Below, one piece after another: positions 12,930 to 23,400 of a stretch of 64,000 nucleotides of DNA. Positions within the stretch are counted from its first letter, which is position 1; each line of letters opens with the position of its first letter. The position numbers were made by a program, and so were the translations under genes. The notes beneath the pieces were generated by a model that was given only the letters and a program-made list of their open reading frames with translations, had not been told where the DNA came from and searched no databases. Source of the stretch: Escherichia coli (lineage in GTDB: Bacteria; Pseudomonadota; Gammaproteobacteria; Enterobacterales; Enterobacteriaceae); NCBI RefSeq assembly GCF_030384885.1, contig NZ_CP128613.1. One strand, written 5' to 3'.

Positions 12930-13080
12930 AACGGGAAAGCCCCTCCCGAGGAAGGGGCCTTAAATAAGGAAAGGGTCATGATGAAGATACTCATCATCGT
13001 GGTGCTCTTAGTCGTTAGCTACCCAGCTTACTAAGACTACCAGGGCGGGGAAAACCCCGCTCTACCCTCACTCCTGAAAA
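12930..13080 (-). ncRNA. sibB: Sib-family antisense sRNA (antitoxin) fully overlapping the ibs ORF
   Basis: In K-12 each ibs is covered by a ~140-nt antisense Sib RNA. On the minus strand the hairpin GCCCCTTCCTCGGGAGGGGC followed by TTTCCCGTTT sits just upstream of the ibs start, consistent with a Sib terminator. Ends are approximate. Confidence 0.5.
12978..13034 (+). CDS. ibsB: Ibs-family type I toxin, 18 aa hydrophobic peptide (MMKILIIVVLLVVSYPAY)
   Basis: ATG ATG AAG start with SD-like AAGGAAAGGG upstream; peptide matches the Ibs pattern MMK-hydrophobic run-S-F/Y-P-A-Y. Symbol assigned only by synteny (copy nearest mdtA) and is uncertain. Confidence 0.7.
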   Translation: MMKILIIVVLLVVSYPAY

Positions 13081-13257
13081 TATGCCTTCACGGTCAGAAT
13101 GTCAATCCGCAGGCTTTGCAGTCTGCGATCCTGCCAGCAAATATTCTTTGCGAGTCGTTACGCAATAATCACAGATGAAACTATTTTATCTACGCGTTAG
13201 CGATAGACTGCATTCAGGGCGAAAGGAGGTAAGCCGATGATTTCAGCGGGACGCTGA

Positions 13258-13408
13258 AACGGGAAAGCCCCTCCCGAGGAAGGGGCCTTAAATAAGGAAA
13301 GGGTCATGATGAAGTGGATCATCATCGTGGTGCTCTTAGTCATTAGCTTACCGGCTTACTAAGACTACCAGGGCGGGGGAAACCCCGCTCAACCCTCACT
13401 CCTGAAAG
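13258..13408 (-). ncRNA. Sib-family antisense sRNA, middle copy
   Basis: Same hairpin plus T-tract arrangement as copy 1 (hairpin at 13267..13286); approximate ends. Confidence 0.45.
13306..13362 (+). CDS. Ibs-family type I toxin, 18 aa (MMKWIIIVVLLVISLPAY), middle copy
   Basis: Same architecture as the first copy within the second repeat unit; the peptide differs at a few positions. Confidence 0.65.
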   Translation: MMKWIIIVVLLVISLPAY

Positions 13409-13585
13409 TATGCCTTCACAATCAGATTGTCAATCCGCAGGCTTTGTAGTCTGCGATCCTGCCAGCAAATATTCTTTGCGAGACGTTACGCAATAATCAC
13501 ATGTGAAACTATTTTATCTGCAAGTTAGCGATAGACTGCTTGCATGGCGAAAGGAGGTAGGCCGCCGATTTCAGCGGGACGCTGA

Positions 13586-13736
13586 AACGGGAAAGCCCCT
13601 TCCGAGGAAGGGGCCTTAAATAAGGAAAGGGTCATGATGAAGCTACTCATCATCGTGGTGCTCTTAGTTATTAGCTGGCCAGCTTACTAAGACTACCAGG
13701 GCGGGGGAAACCCCGCTCTACCCTCACTCCTGAAGT
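13586..13736 (-). ncRNA. sibA: Sib-family antisense sRNA, third copy
   Basis: Hairpin GCCCCTTCCGAGGAAGGGGC at 13595..13614 with T-rich tail on the minus strand; approximate ends. Confidence 0.45.
13634..13690 (+). CDS. ibsA: Ibs-family type I toxin, 18 aa (MMKLLIIVVLLVISWPAY)
   Basis: Third repeat unit, same architecture. Symbol by synteny only (copy nearest yegL), uncertain. Confidence 0.65.
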   Translation: MMKLLIIVVLLVISWPAY

Positions 13737-13907
13737 TATGTTACTCCACCCTTATTGTCAATCTGTAAGTCCACGTTCTTGCGGGGCGAATAGCAAAACC
13801 CTCTGCGCTTATGGGCCGAATTCTGAAAGTTGCTTTGCCTGCTCTTATTTCATTATTGCAGTCGGTATGATACCGGACCTCAATAATTCTCTAAGAAAGG
13901 ATTTCTT

Positions 13908-14567
13908 ATGAGCGAACAAATCACGTTTGCCACCAGCGATTTTGCCAGTAACCCGGAACCACGTTGCCCCTGCATTTTGCTGTTGGATGTTTCTGGTTCG
14001 ATGAGTGGTAGACCTATTAATGAACTTAACGCCGGATTGGTTACCTTTCGCGATGAGCTGCTTGCCGATTCGCTGGCCTTAAAAAGAGTGGAACTCGGTA
14101 TTGTGACGTTCGGCCCGGTGCATGTGGAACAACCATTTACCAGCGCCGCTAATTTTTTCCCGCCCATCCTGTTTGCCCAGGGAGATACACCAATGGGGGC
14201 CGCCATTACCAAAGCCCTGAATATGGTTGAGGAGCGCAAACGTGAGTATCGCGCCAATGGTATTTCCTATTATCGTCCGTGGATTTTCATGATCACTGAT
14301 GGTGCACCAACCGATGAGTGGCAGGCTGCTGCCAACAAGGTGTTTCAGGGGGAAGAAGATAAGAAGTTTGCCTTCTTTTCCATCGGTGTTCAGGGGGCGG
14401 ATATGAAGACGCTGGCCCAAATCAGCGTTCGTCAGCCTTTGCCTCTTCAAGGATTACAATTCCGCGAACTGTTTAGCTGGTTATCCAGTTCGCTGCGTTC
14501 GGTTTCCCGCTCCACGCCGGGAACGGAAGTTGTACTGGAAGCGCCAAAAGGCTGGACGTCAGTGTGA
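13908..14567 (+). CDS. yegL: YegL, von Willebrand factor A (vWA) domain protein, TerY-like
   Basis: 219 aa; MIDAS motif DVSGSMSG near the N-terminus and downstream TDG; 4-bp overlap with yegK. Confidence 0.9.
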   Translation: MSEQITFATSDFASNPEPRCPCILLLDVSGSMSGRPINELNAGLVTFRDELLADSLALKRVELGIVTFGPVHVEQPFTSAANFFPPILFAQGDTPMGAAITKALNMVEERKREYRANGISYYRPWIFMITDGAPTDEWQAAANKVFQGEEDKKFAFFSIGVQGADMKTLAQISVRQPLPLQGLQFRELFSWLSSSLRSVSRSTPGTEVVLEAPKGWTSV

Positions 14568-15325
14568 GCTGGCGTCTGGTCTATGCATCAGCCGTTGGAA
14601 CGTCGCACATCAGCGCTGACTTGTCTTGCCAGGATGCCTGCCAGATGCAGGTTGCCTGGCTAGAAGACCAGCAGCCATTATTGTCGGTATTTGTCGCTGA
14701 TGGCGCAGGCAGCGTCTCGCAGGGAGGCGAAGGTGCGAAGCTTGCCGTCAATGAAGCGATGGCTTATATATCGCAAAAAGTGCAGGGTGGGGAATTGGAG
14801 CTTAATGATGTCCTCGCCACGGATATTGTACTGACTATTCGTCAGCGACTTTTTGCCGAGGCAGAGGCCAAAGAATTAGCGGTTCGCGATTTTGCCTGCA
14901 CATTTCTGGGACTGATTTCATCGCCTAACGGCACATTGATTATGCAGATTGGCGATGGTGGCGTGGTCGTAGATTTGGGGCACGGTTTGCAATTGCCGCT
15001 CACGCCGATGGTGGGTGAATATGCCAACATGACGCATTTCATTACCGATGAAGATGCCGTTTCCAGACTGGAAATTTTCACCAGCACTGAGCGTGCGCAT
15101 AGAGTTGCAGCATTTACGGATGGTATTCAGAGACTGGCGTTAAATATGCTGGATAATTCTCCGCATGTGCCTTTCTTTACCCCGTTTTTCAATGGACTGG
15201 CGTCAGCAACGCAGGAACAACTCGATTTATTACCTGAATTGTTAAAGCAGTTTTTGTCCAGCCCAGCGGTAAACGAGCGTACCGATGATGATAAAACGTT
15301 AGCACTGGCTATGTGGACAGAATAA
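14564..15325 (+). CDS. yegK: YegK (PphC), PP2C-like Ser/Thr protein phosphatase
   Basis: 253 aa; PP2C-type metal-binding motifs VADGAGS and FTDG; translationally coupled to yegL. Confidence 0.88.
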   Translation: MSWRLVYASAVGTSHISADLSCQDACQMQVAWLEDQQPLLSVFVADGAGSVSQGGEGAKLAVNEAMAYISQKVQGGELELNDVLATDIVLTIRQRLFAEAEAKELAVRDFACTFLGLISSPNGTLIMQIGDGGVVVDLGHGLQLPLTPMVGEYANMTHFITDEDAVSRLEIFTSTERAHRVAAFTDGIQRLALNMLDNSPHVPFFTPFFNGLASATQEQLDLLPELLKQFLSSPAVNERTDDDKTLALAMWTE

Positions 15326-15389
15326 ACATCGCATGGCGGTTGAAGACAACGGTTCAACCGCCAGTTTAAGCAATCAATATAATGGCTGG

Positions 15390-15851
15390 CTAGCGAACTA
15401 ATTTTGCTCTTAGCTCGTCGGCTTCTTCTTTTGGATAGGTGACCAATAAAGGATCAATGGTATAACCACCGTAAATTTTATCCCCGCGCGTATACATCCA
15501 GTCTGAAATATCTTCTTTCTTGATTTTCCACTCCTGGCCATATTCTACGTTTGTAACAATACCAGGGTCATTGCTTATTATACCAATAAACATGCCGTTA
15601 GAATAAGTGACATCCGTGAGCCAGAAATGCTCGGTTTCTCCGCGATCGGTTATCGGGGCTTTGACTGCGAAAGTATCAGCATCTTTTTTATTCATAACTT
15701 CGATGAATTGATCGGTTTCTTTCCGCGCATGTTGAATGGCGTCAGACATCGCCTTTTTATCATAACCTCCTGTCACTAACGTATCCGAAATCTCACAATA
15801 GCTTGCGGTAGTAAAAAATAGCAGACACAACATAAGTAATATCTTTTTCAT
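15390..15851 (-). CDS. yegJ: YegJ, DUF2314 family protein with N-terminal signal peptide
   Basis: 153 aa; N-terminus MKKILLMLCLLFFTTASYC is signal-peptide-like; encoded on the opposite strand between yegK and yegI. Confidence 0.8.
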   Translation of the reverse strand: MKKILLMLCLLFFTTASYCEISDTLVTGGYDKKAMSDAIQHARKETDQFIEVMNKKDADTFAVKAPITDRGETEHFWLTDVTYSNGMFIGIISNDPGIVTNVEYGQEWKIKKEDISDWMYTRGDKIYGGYTIDPLLVTYPKEEADELRAKLVR

Positions 15852-16051
15852 TTTTTCTCCAGAATCCCTGTGTAGTAAAAGTTAGCAAAAAACCTGTGGA
15901 AGTGAATCATTATCAGGTTGGAATTGAATTGTATCCTGATGAAATTGCATTATCATTTTTATTCTTGAGTGGGACTCTTCCAATATAGAAATAATTATAA
16001 TGGGCAGTGTTATTATTCATTGAAATATAATATGACTGCCCTTGAAACATT

Positions 16052-17998
16052 ATGAAGACAAATATAAAAGTATTTACATCGACAGGTGAATTGACCACTC
16101 TCGGGCGTGAACTGGGCAAAGGCGGCGAAGGCGCGGTTTATGATATCGAGGAGTTTGTCGATAGCGTTGCCAAGATTTATCACACGCCGCCACCCGCCTT
16201 AAAACAGGACAAACTTGCCTTTATGGCTGCGACAGCTGACGCGCAGTTGCTGAATTATGTCGCCTGGCCGCAAGCAACGCTTCATAGTGGACGAGGTGGG
16301 AAGGTTATCGGTTTTATGATGCCAAAAGTTTCTGGTAAAGAACCGATTCATATGATCTATAGCCCGGCACATCGTCGCCAGAGTTACCCTCATTGTGCGT
16401 GGGATTTTCTCCTCTATGTTGCGCGCAATATTGCTTCATCTTTTGCTACGGTTCATGAGCACGGGCATGTCGTGGGTGACGTAAACCAGAACAGCTTTAT
16501 GGTAGGCCGTGACAGCAAAGTGGCGTTGATTGATAGCGACTCCTTTCAGATTAACGCCAATGGCACACTGCATTTATGCGAAGTCGGCGTGTCGCATTTT
16601 ACGCCGCCAGAGCTGCAAACCTTGTCGTCATTTGTTGGCTTTGAACGCACAGAAAATCACGATAATTTTGGCCTTGCGTTGCTGATATTTCACGTCTTGT
16701 TTGGTGGGCGGCATCCTTATTCTGGTGTGCCGCTTATCTCTGATGCGGGTAATGCGCTGGAGACGGATATTGCCCATTTTCGTTATGCCTACGCGTCAGA
16801 CAATCAGAGACGTGGCTTAAAACCGCCGCCACGATCGATTCCGCTATCGATGTTACCGGGTGATGTTGCAGCCATGTTTCAGCAGGCATTCACGGAAAGT
16901 GGCGTGGCAACCGGGCGTCCGACGGCAAAAGCGTGGGTTGCGGCACTTGATTTACTACGCCAACAATTAAAGAAATGTACCGTTTCAGCAATGCATGTTT
17001 ACCCTTGTCATTTAACCGACTGCCCGTGGTGTGCGCTGGATAATCAAGGCGTTATCTATTTTATTGATCTCGGCGAAGAGGTGATTACCACCGTCGGTGA
17101 TTTTGTGCTGGCGAAAGTCTGGGCGATGGTGATGGCGTCAGTAGCACCACCAGCATTACAGTTACCATTACCCGATCATTTCCAACCAGCTGGCAGGCCG
17201 CTTCCTTTAGGCCTGTTACGGCGTGAATACATTATTCTGATTGAGATCACACTGTCAGCGTTATCGCTGTTGCTTTGCGGTCTTCAGGCAGAACCGCGTT
17301 ATATTATTTTGGTGCCTGTGCTGGCGGCTATCTGGATTATTGGCAGTCTGACAAGCAAAGCTTACAAAGCAGAAGTCCAGCACCGTCGTGAGGTATTTAA
17401 TCGTGCGAAAATGGACTATGACCATTTAGTCAGCCAGATCCAACAGTTGGGCGGGTTGGAAGGTTTTATCGCCAAACGGACGATGCTTGAAAAAATGAAG
17501 GACGAAATTCTTGGGTTACCGGAAGAAGAAAAGCGCGATCTGGCAGCACTTCAGGACAACGCAAGGGAACGGCAGAAGCAGAAGTTTCTGGAGGGATTTT
17601 TTATTGATGCTGCCTCTATTCCCGGCGTTGGCCCTGCGCGTAAAGCGGCGTTACGGTCTTTTGGTATTGAAACAGCAGCAGATGTTACCCGTCGTGGTGT
17701 TAAGCAAGTGAAAGGGTTTGGTGATCATCTGACCCAGGCGGTTATCGACTGGAAAGCGAGTTGCGAACGCCGTTTTGTGTTCAGGCCGAATGAAGCGGTA
17801 ACGCCAGCAGACAGACAAGCGGTAATGGCGAAAATGACCGCCAAACGACATCGGCTGGAATCGGCACTGATTGTCGGCGCGACAGAGTTGCAGCGATTCC
17901 GCCTTCATGCTCCTGCACGGACCATGCCGTTGATGGAACCATTACGTCAGGCAGCGGAGAAACTGGCTCAGGCGCAGGCTGATTTAAGCCGCTGCTGA
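16052..17998 (+). CDS. yegI: YegI, eukaryotic-like Ser/Thr protein kinase with TM and coiled-coil C-terminal region
   Basis: 648 aa; Gly-rich loop LGKGGEGAVYDI, VAIK-like VAKIYH, catalytic-loop-like HGHVVGDVNQNSF, DFG-like IDSDSF; hydrophobic segments near residues 350-430. Confidence 0.9.
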   Translation: MKTNIKVFTSTGELTTLGRELGKGGEGAVYDIEEFVDSVAKIYHTPPPALKQDKLAFMAATADAQLLNYVAWPQATLHSGRGGKVIGFMMPKVSGKEPIHMIYSPAHRRQSYPHCAWDFLLYVARNIASSFATVHEHGHVVGDVNQNSFMVGRDSKVALIDSDSFQINANGTLHLCEVGVSHFTPPELQTLSSFVGFERTENHDNFGLALLIFHVLFGGRHPYSGVPLISDAGNALETDIAHFRYAYASDNQRRGLKPPPRSIPLSMLPGDVAAMFQQAFTESGVATGRPTAKAWVAALDLLRQQLKKCTVSAMHVYPCHLTDCPWCALDNQGVIYFIDLGEEVITTVGDFVLAKVWAMVMASVAPPALQLPLPDHFQPAGRPLPLGLLRREYIILIEITLSALSLLLCGLQAEPRYIILVPVLAAIWIIGSLTSKAYKAEVQHRREVFNRAKMDYDHLVSQIQQLGGLEGFIAKRTMLEKMKDEILGLPEEEKRDLAALQDNARERQKQKFLEGFFIDAASIPGVGPARKAALRSFGIETAADVTRRGVKQVKGFGDHLTQAVIDWKASCERRFVFRPNEAVTPADRQAVMAKMTAKRHRLESALIVGATELQRFRLHAPARTMPLMEPLRQAAEKLAQAQADLSRC

Positions 17999-18010
17999 GC
18001 CATTTTTCAA

Positions 18011-19363
18011 TTAACGAAACACCACTTCTGCCCAACGTGCCAGCCCGGCGGTGACGGAGCCAAAGTCATCGCCGCCTGCAATCGGAATGCCCGGCAACTG
18101 TTCTGCCAGCGCTTTTTTAATCAGCGGCGATCGGGCGCTACCACCAGTCAGATAGATGACATCCGGTTTTTCCTGGGCGTTATCCAGCGCCAGTTGCACC
18201 TGTTCCAGAATTCGCGCCAGCGGCTGACTGAGGGCGTTTTCCAGTCCTTGTTGGCTAATCAGTGTTGCCAGTTCATCGCTGATAAACGGCAGCGATGCAC
18301 GAGTTTCTGCTGCGCTGGAAAGGGCGATTTTGCTCTCTTCCGCGCTGCGTACCAGCCGATAACTTAAACGCTGACGCCAGACTTTCTGTAACAGGGCCAC
18401 TTTCTCCGGTTCGCGGGCGTCGCGTACCAGGTCGTTAAGCAGACGACCGTTAGCACTACTGTAGAAATCACTCTGCGCTGGTACATCGTTGATGGCAACC
18501 GCATTCCACCACGGCAGGATCGGCAGGGCGATGCCTTTTTCAGTTTCGCCACCCATGCCCAGTAATGGCATCAGATTTTTAAACGCCAGTGCGATATCCA
18601 GATCGTTACCGCCAATACGGCAACCACTGTGACCCAGCAGGCTGGCTTCACGATCGAGGCGCGAACGCCACTGTGGCCCCATTAGCAGTAAAGAACAGTC
18701 AGTCGTACCACCGCCGATATCCACCACCAGTACGCGTTTTTCTTCCTGCAAGGTGGCTTCGTAATCCAGCCCAGCCGCCACCGGCTCGTACTGGAATACC
18801 ACGTCCTTAAACCCGGCACGCTTCGCTGCGCGCTCCAGAATCCCTTGTGCCTGGGCGTTTGCCTCATCGCCGCCCAGCCCCTGGAAGTTGATCGGGCGAC
18901 CAATCACCGCCTGGGTAATCGCTTCTGGCAGCTGTGTCTGGGCCTGCTTGCGAATGTGCAACATCATTGCGCAGACCAGATCCTCAAACAGTGCTACCTG
19001 CTGCGGTTTTAAGCCGCTGGCACCGAGGAACGATTTTGGTGATTTCACAAACCACACTTCTTCTGGATCATCAATGTACTGTGCCAATGAGGAAAGACCG
19101 AACTGCACGCTTTTCGCCGTAACATCAATATCTTCTTCGCGGTTATAACGAATCGCCCGACGCAGCAGCGCCTGCGTTTCATCGTCGTCTGCCGGAACAT
19201 CATGATGGCGGTACAGCCATTCGCTTACGGCTTCACGCGTTGGCGCGCAAAGCATTGAAGGCAGCAGCGTGCTGTCGTTTTCCATTTTCAGTAATTGCGG
19301 TTTACCGTCACGCATGACCGCGACTGAACAGTTTGCTGTACCGTAATCAAAACCAATAAACAC
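18011..19363 (-). CDS. yegD: YegD, Hsp70/actin-like ATPase family protein
   Basis: Track ORF 18011..19426(-); start moved to GTG at 19363 (FIGFDYGTANCSVAV) for the 450 aa K-12 length. DIGGGTTD and GGSARSP motifs typical of the Hsp70/sugar-kinase fold. Confidence 0.85.
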   Translation of the reverse strand: MFIGFDYGTANCSVAVMRDGKPQLLKMENDSTLLPSMLCAPTREAVSEWLYRHHDVPADDDETQALLRRAIRYNREEDIDVTAKSVQFGLSSLAQYIDDPEEVWFVKSPKSFLGASGLKPQQVALFEDLVCAMMLHIRKQAQTQLPEAITQAVIGRPINFQGLGGDEANAQAQGILERAAKRAGFKDVVFQYEPVAAGLDYEATLQEEKRVLVVDIGGGTTDCSLLLMGPQWRSRLDREASLLGHSGCRIGGNDLDIALAFKNLMPLLGMGGETEKGIALPILPWWNAVAINDVPAQSDFYSSANGRLLNDLVRDAREPEKVALLQKVWRQRLSYRLVRSAEESKIALSSAAETRASLPFISDELATLISQQGLENALSQPLARILEQVQLALDNAQEKPDVIYLTGGSARSPLIKKALAEQLPGIPIAGGDDFGSVTAGLARWAEVVFR

Positions 19364-19429
19364 GAAATAATCCCCATGCCGGTGAAGAAGGGGCGTGACT
19401 TTAGCGAAATGTTGCCGTCGCGACAACCG

Positions 19430-19452
19430 GAATATGAAAGCAAAGCGCAGCG
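19430..19452 (+). promoter_or_regulatory. Candidate Ada box in the alkA promoter
   Basis: GAATATGAAAGCAAAGCGCAGCG lies about 45-65 nt upstream of the alkA start, resembling the methylated-Ada binding site AAAGCGCA as recalled. Confidence 0.45.
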
Positions 19453-19496
19453 TCTGAATAACGTTTATGCTGAAAGCGGATTAACAAGGAGATGCG

Positions 19497-20345
19497 ATGT
19501 ATACCCTGAACTGGCAGCCGCCATATGACTGGTCGTGGATGTTGGGATTTCTCGCCGCCCGTGCGGTGAGCGGTGTTGAAACGGTTGCGGACGATTATTA
19601 TGCCCGTAGTCTGGCGGTGGGTGAACATCGTGGCGTGGTGACTGCTATTCCGGATATAGCCAGCCATACTCTGCACATAAATTTAAGTGCAGGTTTAGAA
19701 CCTGTTGCCGCTGAGTGTCTGGCGAAAATGAGCCGCCTGTTTGATCTGCAATGTCACCCGCAGATTGTTAACGGTGCGTTGGGCAAGTTAGGCGCGGCGC
19801 GGCCCGGATTGCGTTTACCTGGTTGTGTTGATGCTTTTGAGCAGGGCGTGCGGGCGATTTTAGGCCAACTGGTGAGCGTGGCGATGGCAGCAAAATTGAC
19901 CGCCAGAGTGGCACTGCTTTATGGCGAACGGCTGGATGATTTTCCGGATTATGTCTGCTTCCCCACGCCTCAGCGGCTGGCTGCAGCCGACCCGCAGTCA
20001 TTAAAAGCGTTAGGTATGCCGTTGAAACGGGCAGAGGCACTGATTCATCTGGCAAATGCGGCGCTGGAGGGCACCTTACCAATGACAATACCGGGCGACG
20101 TAGAACAAGCGATGAAAACGCTGCAAACTTTTCCGGGTATCGGGCGCTGGACGGCGAATTATTTCGCCTTACGTGGTTGGCAGGCGAAAGATGTTTTCCT
20201 GCCGGATGATTATCTGATTAAACAGCGATTTCCGGGAATGACACCGGCACAAATCCGCCGTTATGCCGAACGCTGGAAGCCCTGGCGTTCTTATGCGCTG
20301 TTGCATATCTGGTATACGGAAGGCTGGCAACCAGACGAAGCATGA
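19497..20345 (+). CDS. alkA: 3-methyladenine DNA glycosylase II AlkA
   Basis: 282 aa; N-terminus MYTLNWQPPYDWSWMLGFLAARAVSGVE; HhH-GPD region with GIGRWTANYFALRG. Confidence 0.95.
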   Translation: MYTLNWQPPYDWSWMLGFLAARAVSGVETVADDYYARSLAVGEHRGVVTAIPDIASHTLHINLSAGLEPVAAECLAKMSRLFDLQCHPQIVNGALGKLGAARPGLRLPGCVDAFEQGVRAILGQLVSVAMAAKLTARVALLYGERLDDFPDYVCFPTPQRLAAADPQSLKALGMPLKRAEALIHLANAALEGTLPMTIPGDVEQAMKTLQTFPGIGRWTANYFALRGWQAKDVFLPDDYLIKQRFPGMTPAQIRRYAERWKPWRSYALLHIWYTEGWQPDEA

Positions 20346-20454
20346 CGTTGGTCGCCGGATGTGGTGCGAGCGCCTTATCCGGCCTGGGGAATGAGCGATT
20401 TGTAGGCATGATAAGACGCGTTAGCGTCGCATCAGGCAATGGGCAAACGCTCCC
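20346..20454. repeat. REP/BIME palindromic elements between alkA and dgcE
   Basis: GCCGGATGTGGTGCGAGCGCCTTATCCGGCC and GCATGATAAGACGCGTTAGCGTCGCATCAGGCA are classic REP sequences in a convergent intergenic gap. Confidence 0.8.
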
Positions 20455-23400
20455 TCAGTTAATCGCGAAATAACTGTTATTCACCAGCAAATCCAACGGT
20501 TGGGCATCGGCAATCACATCACCATAAATCAGATCAACGCCGATGCCAGAAAGCGTATCCATCACTAAGGGTAAAACAACTGGCCCGGCGATAGTCTTCA
20601 CCCCGAGTCGCTGAGCGTGCCCCTGAATAATCGTAATCAGCATCTCATCCATCAAATTACCCTGCACGCTGGCGCATAGCTCACCGTCAAGTAGCAGGTA
20701 ATCTGCCATATTCGCTTTCAGCGTGTTGAAAATTTGCAGATCGCGACCCACCTGGCTGAGCACTATCCGACATCCCGCCAGCCGCAGTTTTTGCACGCTT
20801 TCTGCGTGATCGAAAACCGCTTCTGCCGGAATAATCAGATGTAATAACCGTGGTGGTAGAGGGTTATTTTCCAGTTGCTCAAGCAGTTCATTCACCAGCG
20901 AGGCGCTACTCAAACCGGCAACAGAAAGGGGGAGGGCGATGCTTAAGCCTTTACTGGCAATCGCTTTTGCGGTCTGCTGGAAAAATTCATGGAGTACCCG
21001 GCGGTCAAGAGCATGGTTAAGCGCCGGATCACCGAAGCTACGACGAAATGTTTGTTCATCAACAATCTCGCCTTCGCAACCCCAGAGTTTTAGTGATATC
21101 AACCACAAATTACGCGCTTCCGGGATCCGTGGCGAAGCGACGCCGTGGGCGATCATCATCAACTGATTCTCTTTAATCATCCGCCACTGTTCATCAATCG
21201 ACATCGCCGCCCGTTCGATATGTGCGTCAGCTTGCTGCGGTTCGTAAACTGTCACCCGGCCGCGGCCACCATTTTTGGAGGCATAACAGGCGATGTCAGC
21301 CTGCGACATCACTTCAACCGCCTGATGATTGTTGTCATCAATCAAGGTAATCCCGGCACTGGCACCTACCCGATGTACACGTCCTTCCCATATAAAGTGA
21401 TAGTCATTCACGGCGCTGATAATGCGTGTAGCGATAAAACGCGCACTTTCGACATTACAATCTGGCAGCAGCAGACCAAATTCATCGCCACCGAGTCGCG
21501 CCAGCACGTCGCTGGAGCGCAGCATACTCAGCATCAATGACGCCAGTTCGCGCAACAAAGCGTCGCCAGCGGCGTGTCCGGCGCTGTCATTCACCGCTTT
21601 AAAGCGATCAAGATCGATAAACACCAGGGCATGTCGCTGATGTGTACTGTTTACCGTTTGCAGCAGGATGCGTAGTTGCTTCTCAAAACTGGCGCGATTG
21701 GCGAGATGCGTCAGTGCATCATGGGAGGCGCTGTAGCTCAGCTGCCGTAACATTTTGCGTGATTCGGTGACGTCCTGAATCACCAGAACCGAACCAATAT
21801 TGCTGCCATCCAGAGTACTTAGCGGTGTAATACTGTAATGCACGTCGTAGCTGCCGCCGCTCCGGCAGTGCAACACCACATCTTGTTCAATCGCAGAACG
21901 TGAGGTGTCGGCACTGTAAATGTTCTCCATTAATGGCCCGTTGTCGCCAAAAGTAATATGCAACACCGTCAGGAGCGGAACACCTAACGCTTCTTCCTGC
22001 GTCCAGCCGCTCATCTTCTCCGCCACCGGATTCATAAAGGTAATTTTCATTGCCATATCAATACAGACCACGGCTTCGCCGATGGAATCCAGCGTAATGT
22101 GCAGGCGCTCTTTTTCCTGAAACAATGCCTCGTTAAGCTGTTTCACTTCGGTCATATCCATATTAATGCCGAGCAGGCGTTCGACTTCGCCTTCTTTATT
22201 CAGTACCCGGTTGGCGAGGGCGCGGATATGGCGAATACCGTCTTTCACGGTAATGCGAAATTCCAGTTTAAAGGGCGAGCGTGATTGCAACGAATCGCGA
22301 ATCACTTTTTCGGCGTGTGCGCGATCTTCCGGCAATACACACTCGTACCACACCTGCCAGTTCGGTTTGATATGCGGAGGAATTTCATACAACTCAAACA
22401 TCCGCTTATCCCAACTAAAAATATTCGGCTTCAGCTCCCACTCCCAGATGCCAATCCCGCCAGCTTCGTTAGCCAGCGTGATGCGCTCCATCAGTTGCTG
22501 GTTCACCTGTTCGGTGCGTTTTAGCTCGTTAATGTCTTCAATCTGAGCGATAAAATAGAGCGGCGTACCATCGGTGTGGTGCACCAGTGAGACGGCAAGC
22601 AACGCCCAGACAACATCGCCATTGCGGTTGTAGTAGCGTTTTTCCATTGAATAGGTGTTTATTTCACCGCTGATCAGCTTTTCAACCTGTTGGAGATCTT
22701 TATTGAGATCCTCCGGCCAGGTCAGTTGCTGAAAGGTAAGTCCGCGCAGTTCTTCCTGACTGTAACCGAGAAACTGGCAGAGCGCTTTGTTGGATTGCAG
22801 CCATTGCCCCTCGGTGCCCACTAATGCCATGCCGATGGCGGAATATTCCATCGCGTTCCGAAAGCGGGTTTCGCTTTCGGAAATGTGTTTGCGTTCCGCA
22901 CGAAAGGCATACATCACCATCGTCATGATGTTGGCGGGCAGCAGGATCAGCAAAAACGGTAGCCACGGCATATGGCTCATCAGGTATGTACGCGGCGTAG
23001 CAAGCAGGGAGGGATCAGCGGCCATCATCAGTGACACCATCATCACCGTGGTAAGGAAGATCAAAAAGGCTTCCATTCGTGGCAGGCGCACGGCGCTCCA
23101 CATCAACAGCACAATAATGAAAGTAAAAGGCCACGGCAGATACAGCATCGAAAGCCAGCTTAACGTCAGTGTGATGGCTAACGTGAGCAGCGACTCAAAA
23201 AGCAACCTTGGGTTGCGATGGCGCAGCAGATAGTGTGGTTTAAATAACAATCCCAGCGGCACCAGTGCCAGGGCGCCGATGGATTCTGACAGTACCCATA
23301 TCAAAAATGCCCTGAGAGGATCGTCTCCGGGCGTCAGCAGGATAACCAGAACACCCCCTAACAGAGGTGGAACAATGGCGCTGCCGAGTGCCAGACGCAG

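Larger units (their letters stand above)
12846..13745. repeat. Three tandem ~330-bp ibs/sib repeat units (type I toxin-antitoxin array)
   Basis: Near-identical units start near 12851, 13173 and 13505, each with the motif AAACTATTTTATCT..GTTAGCGATAGACTGC, a GC hairpin (GCCCCTCCCGAGGAAGGGGC), an 18-codon ORF and a second hairpin (GGGCGGGGAAAACCCCGC). Confidence 0.85.

Noticed and set aside
12846-13745. Possible CRISPR array, because of evenly spaced repeats
   Set aside because: Units are ~330 bp, each containing an ORF and hairpins, rather than 28-37 bp repeats with unique spacers; no cas genes nearby.
15913-16119. 68-aa minus-strand ORF in the yegJ-yegI intergenic region
   Set aside because: AT-rich promoter region; overlaps the yegI start; low-complexity Asn/Tyr-rich translation.
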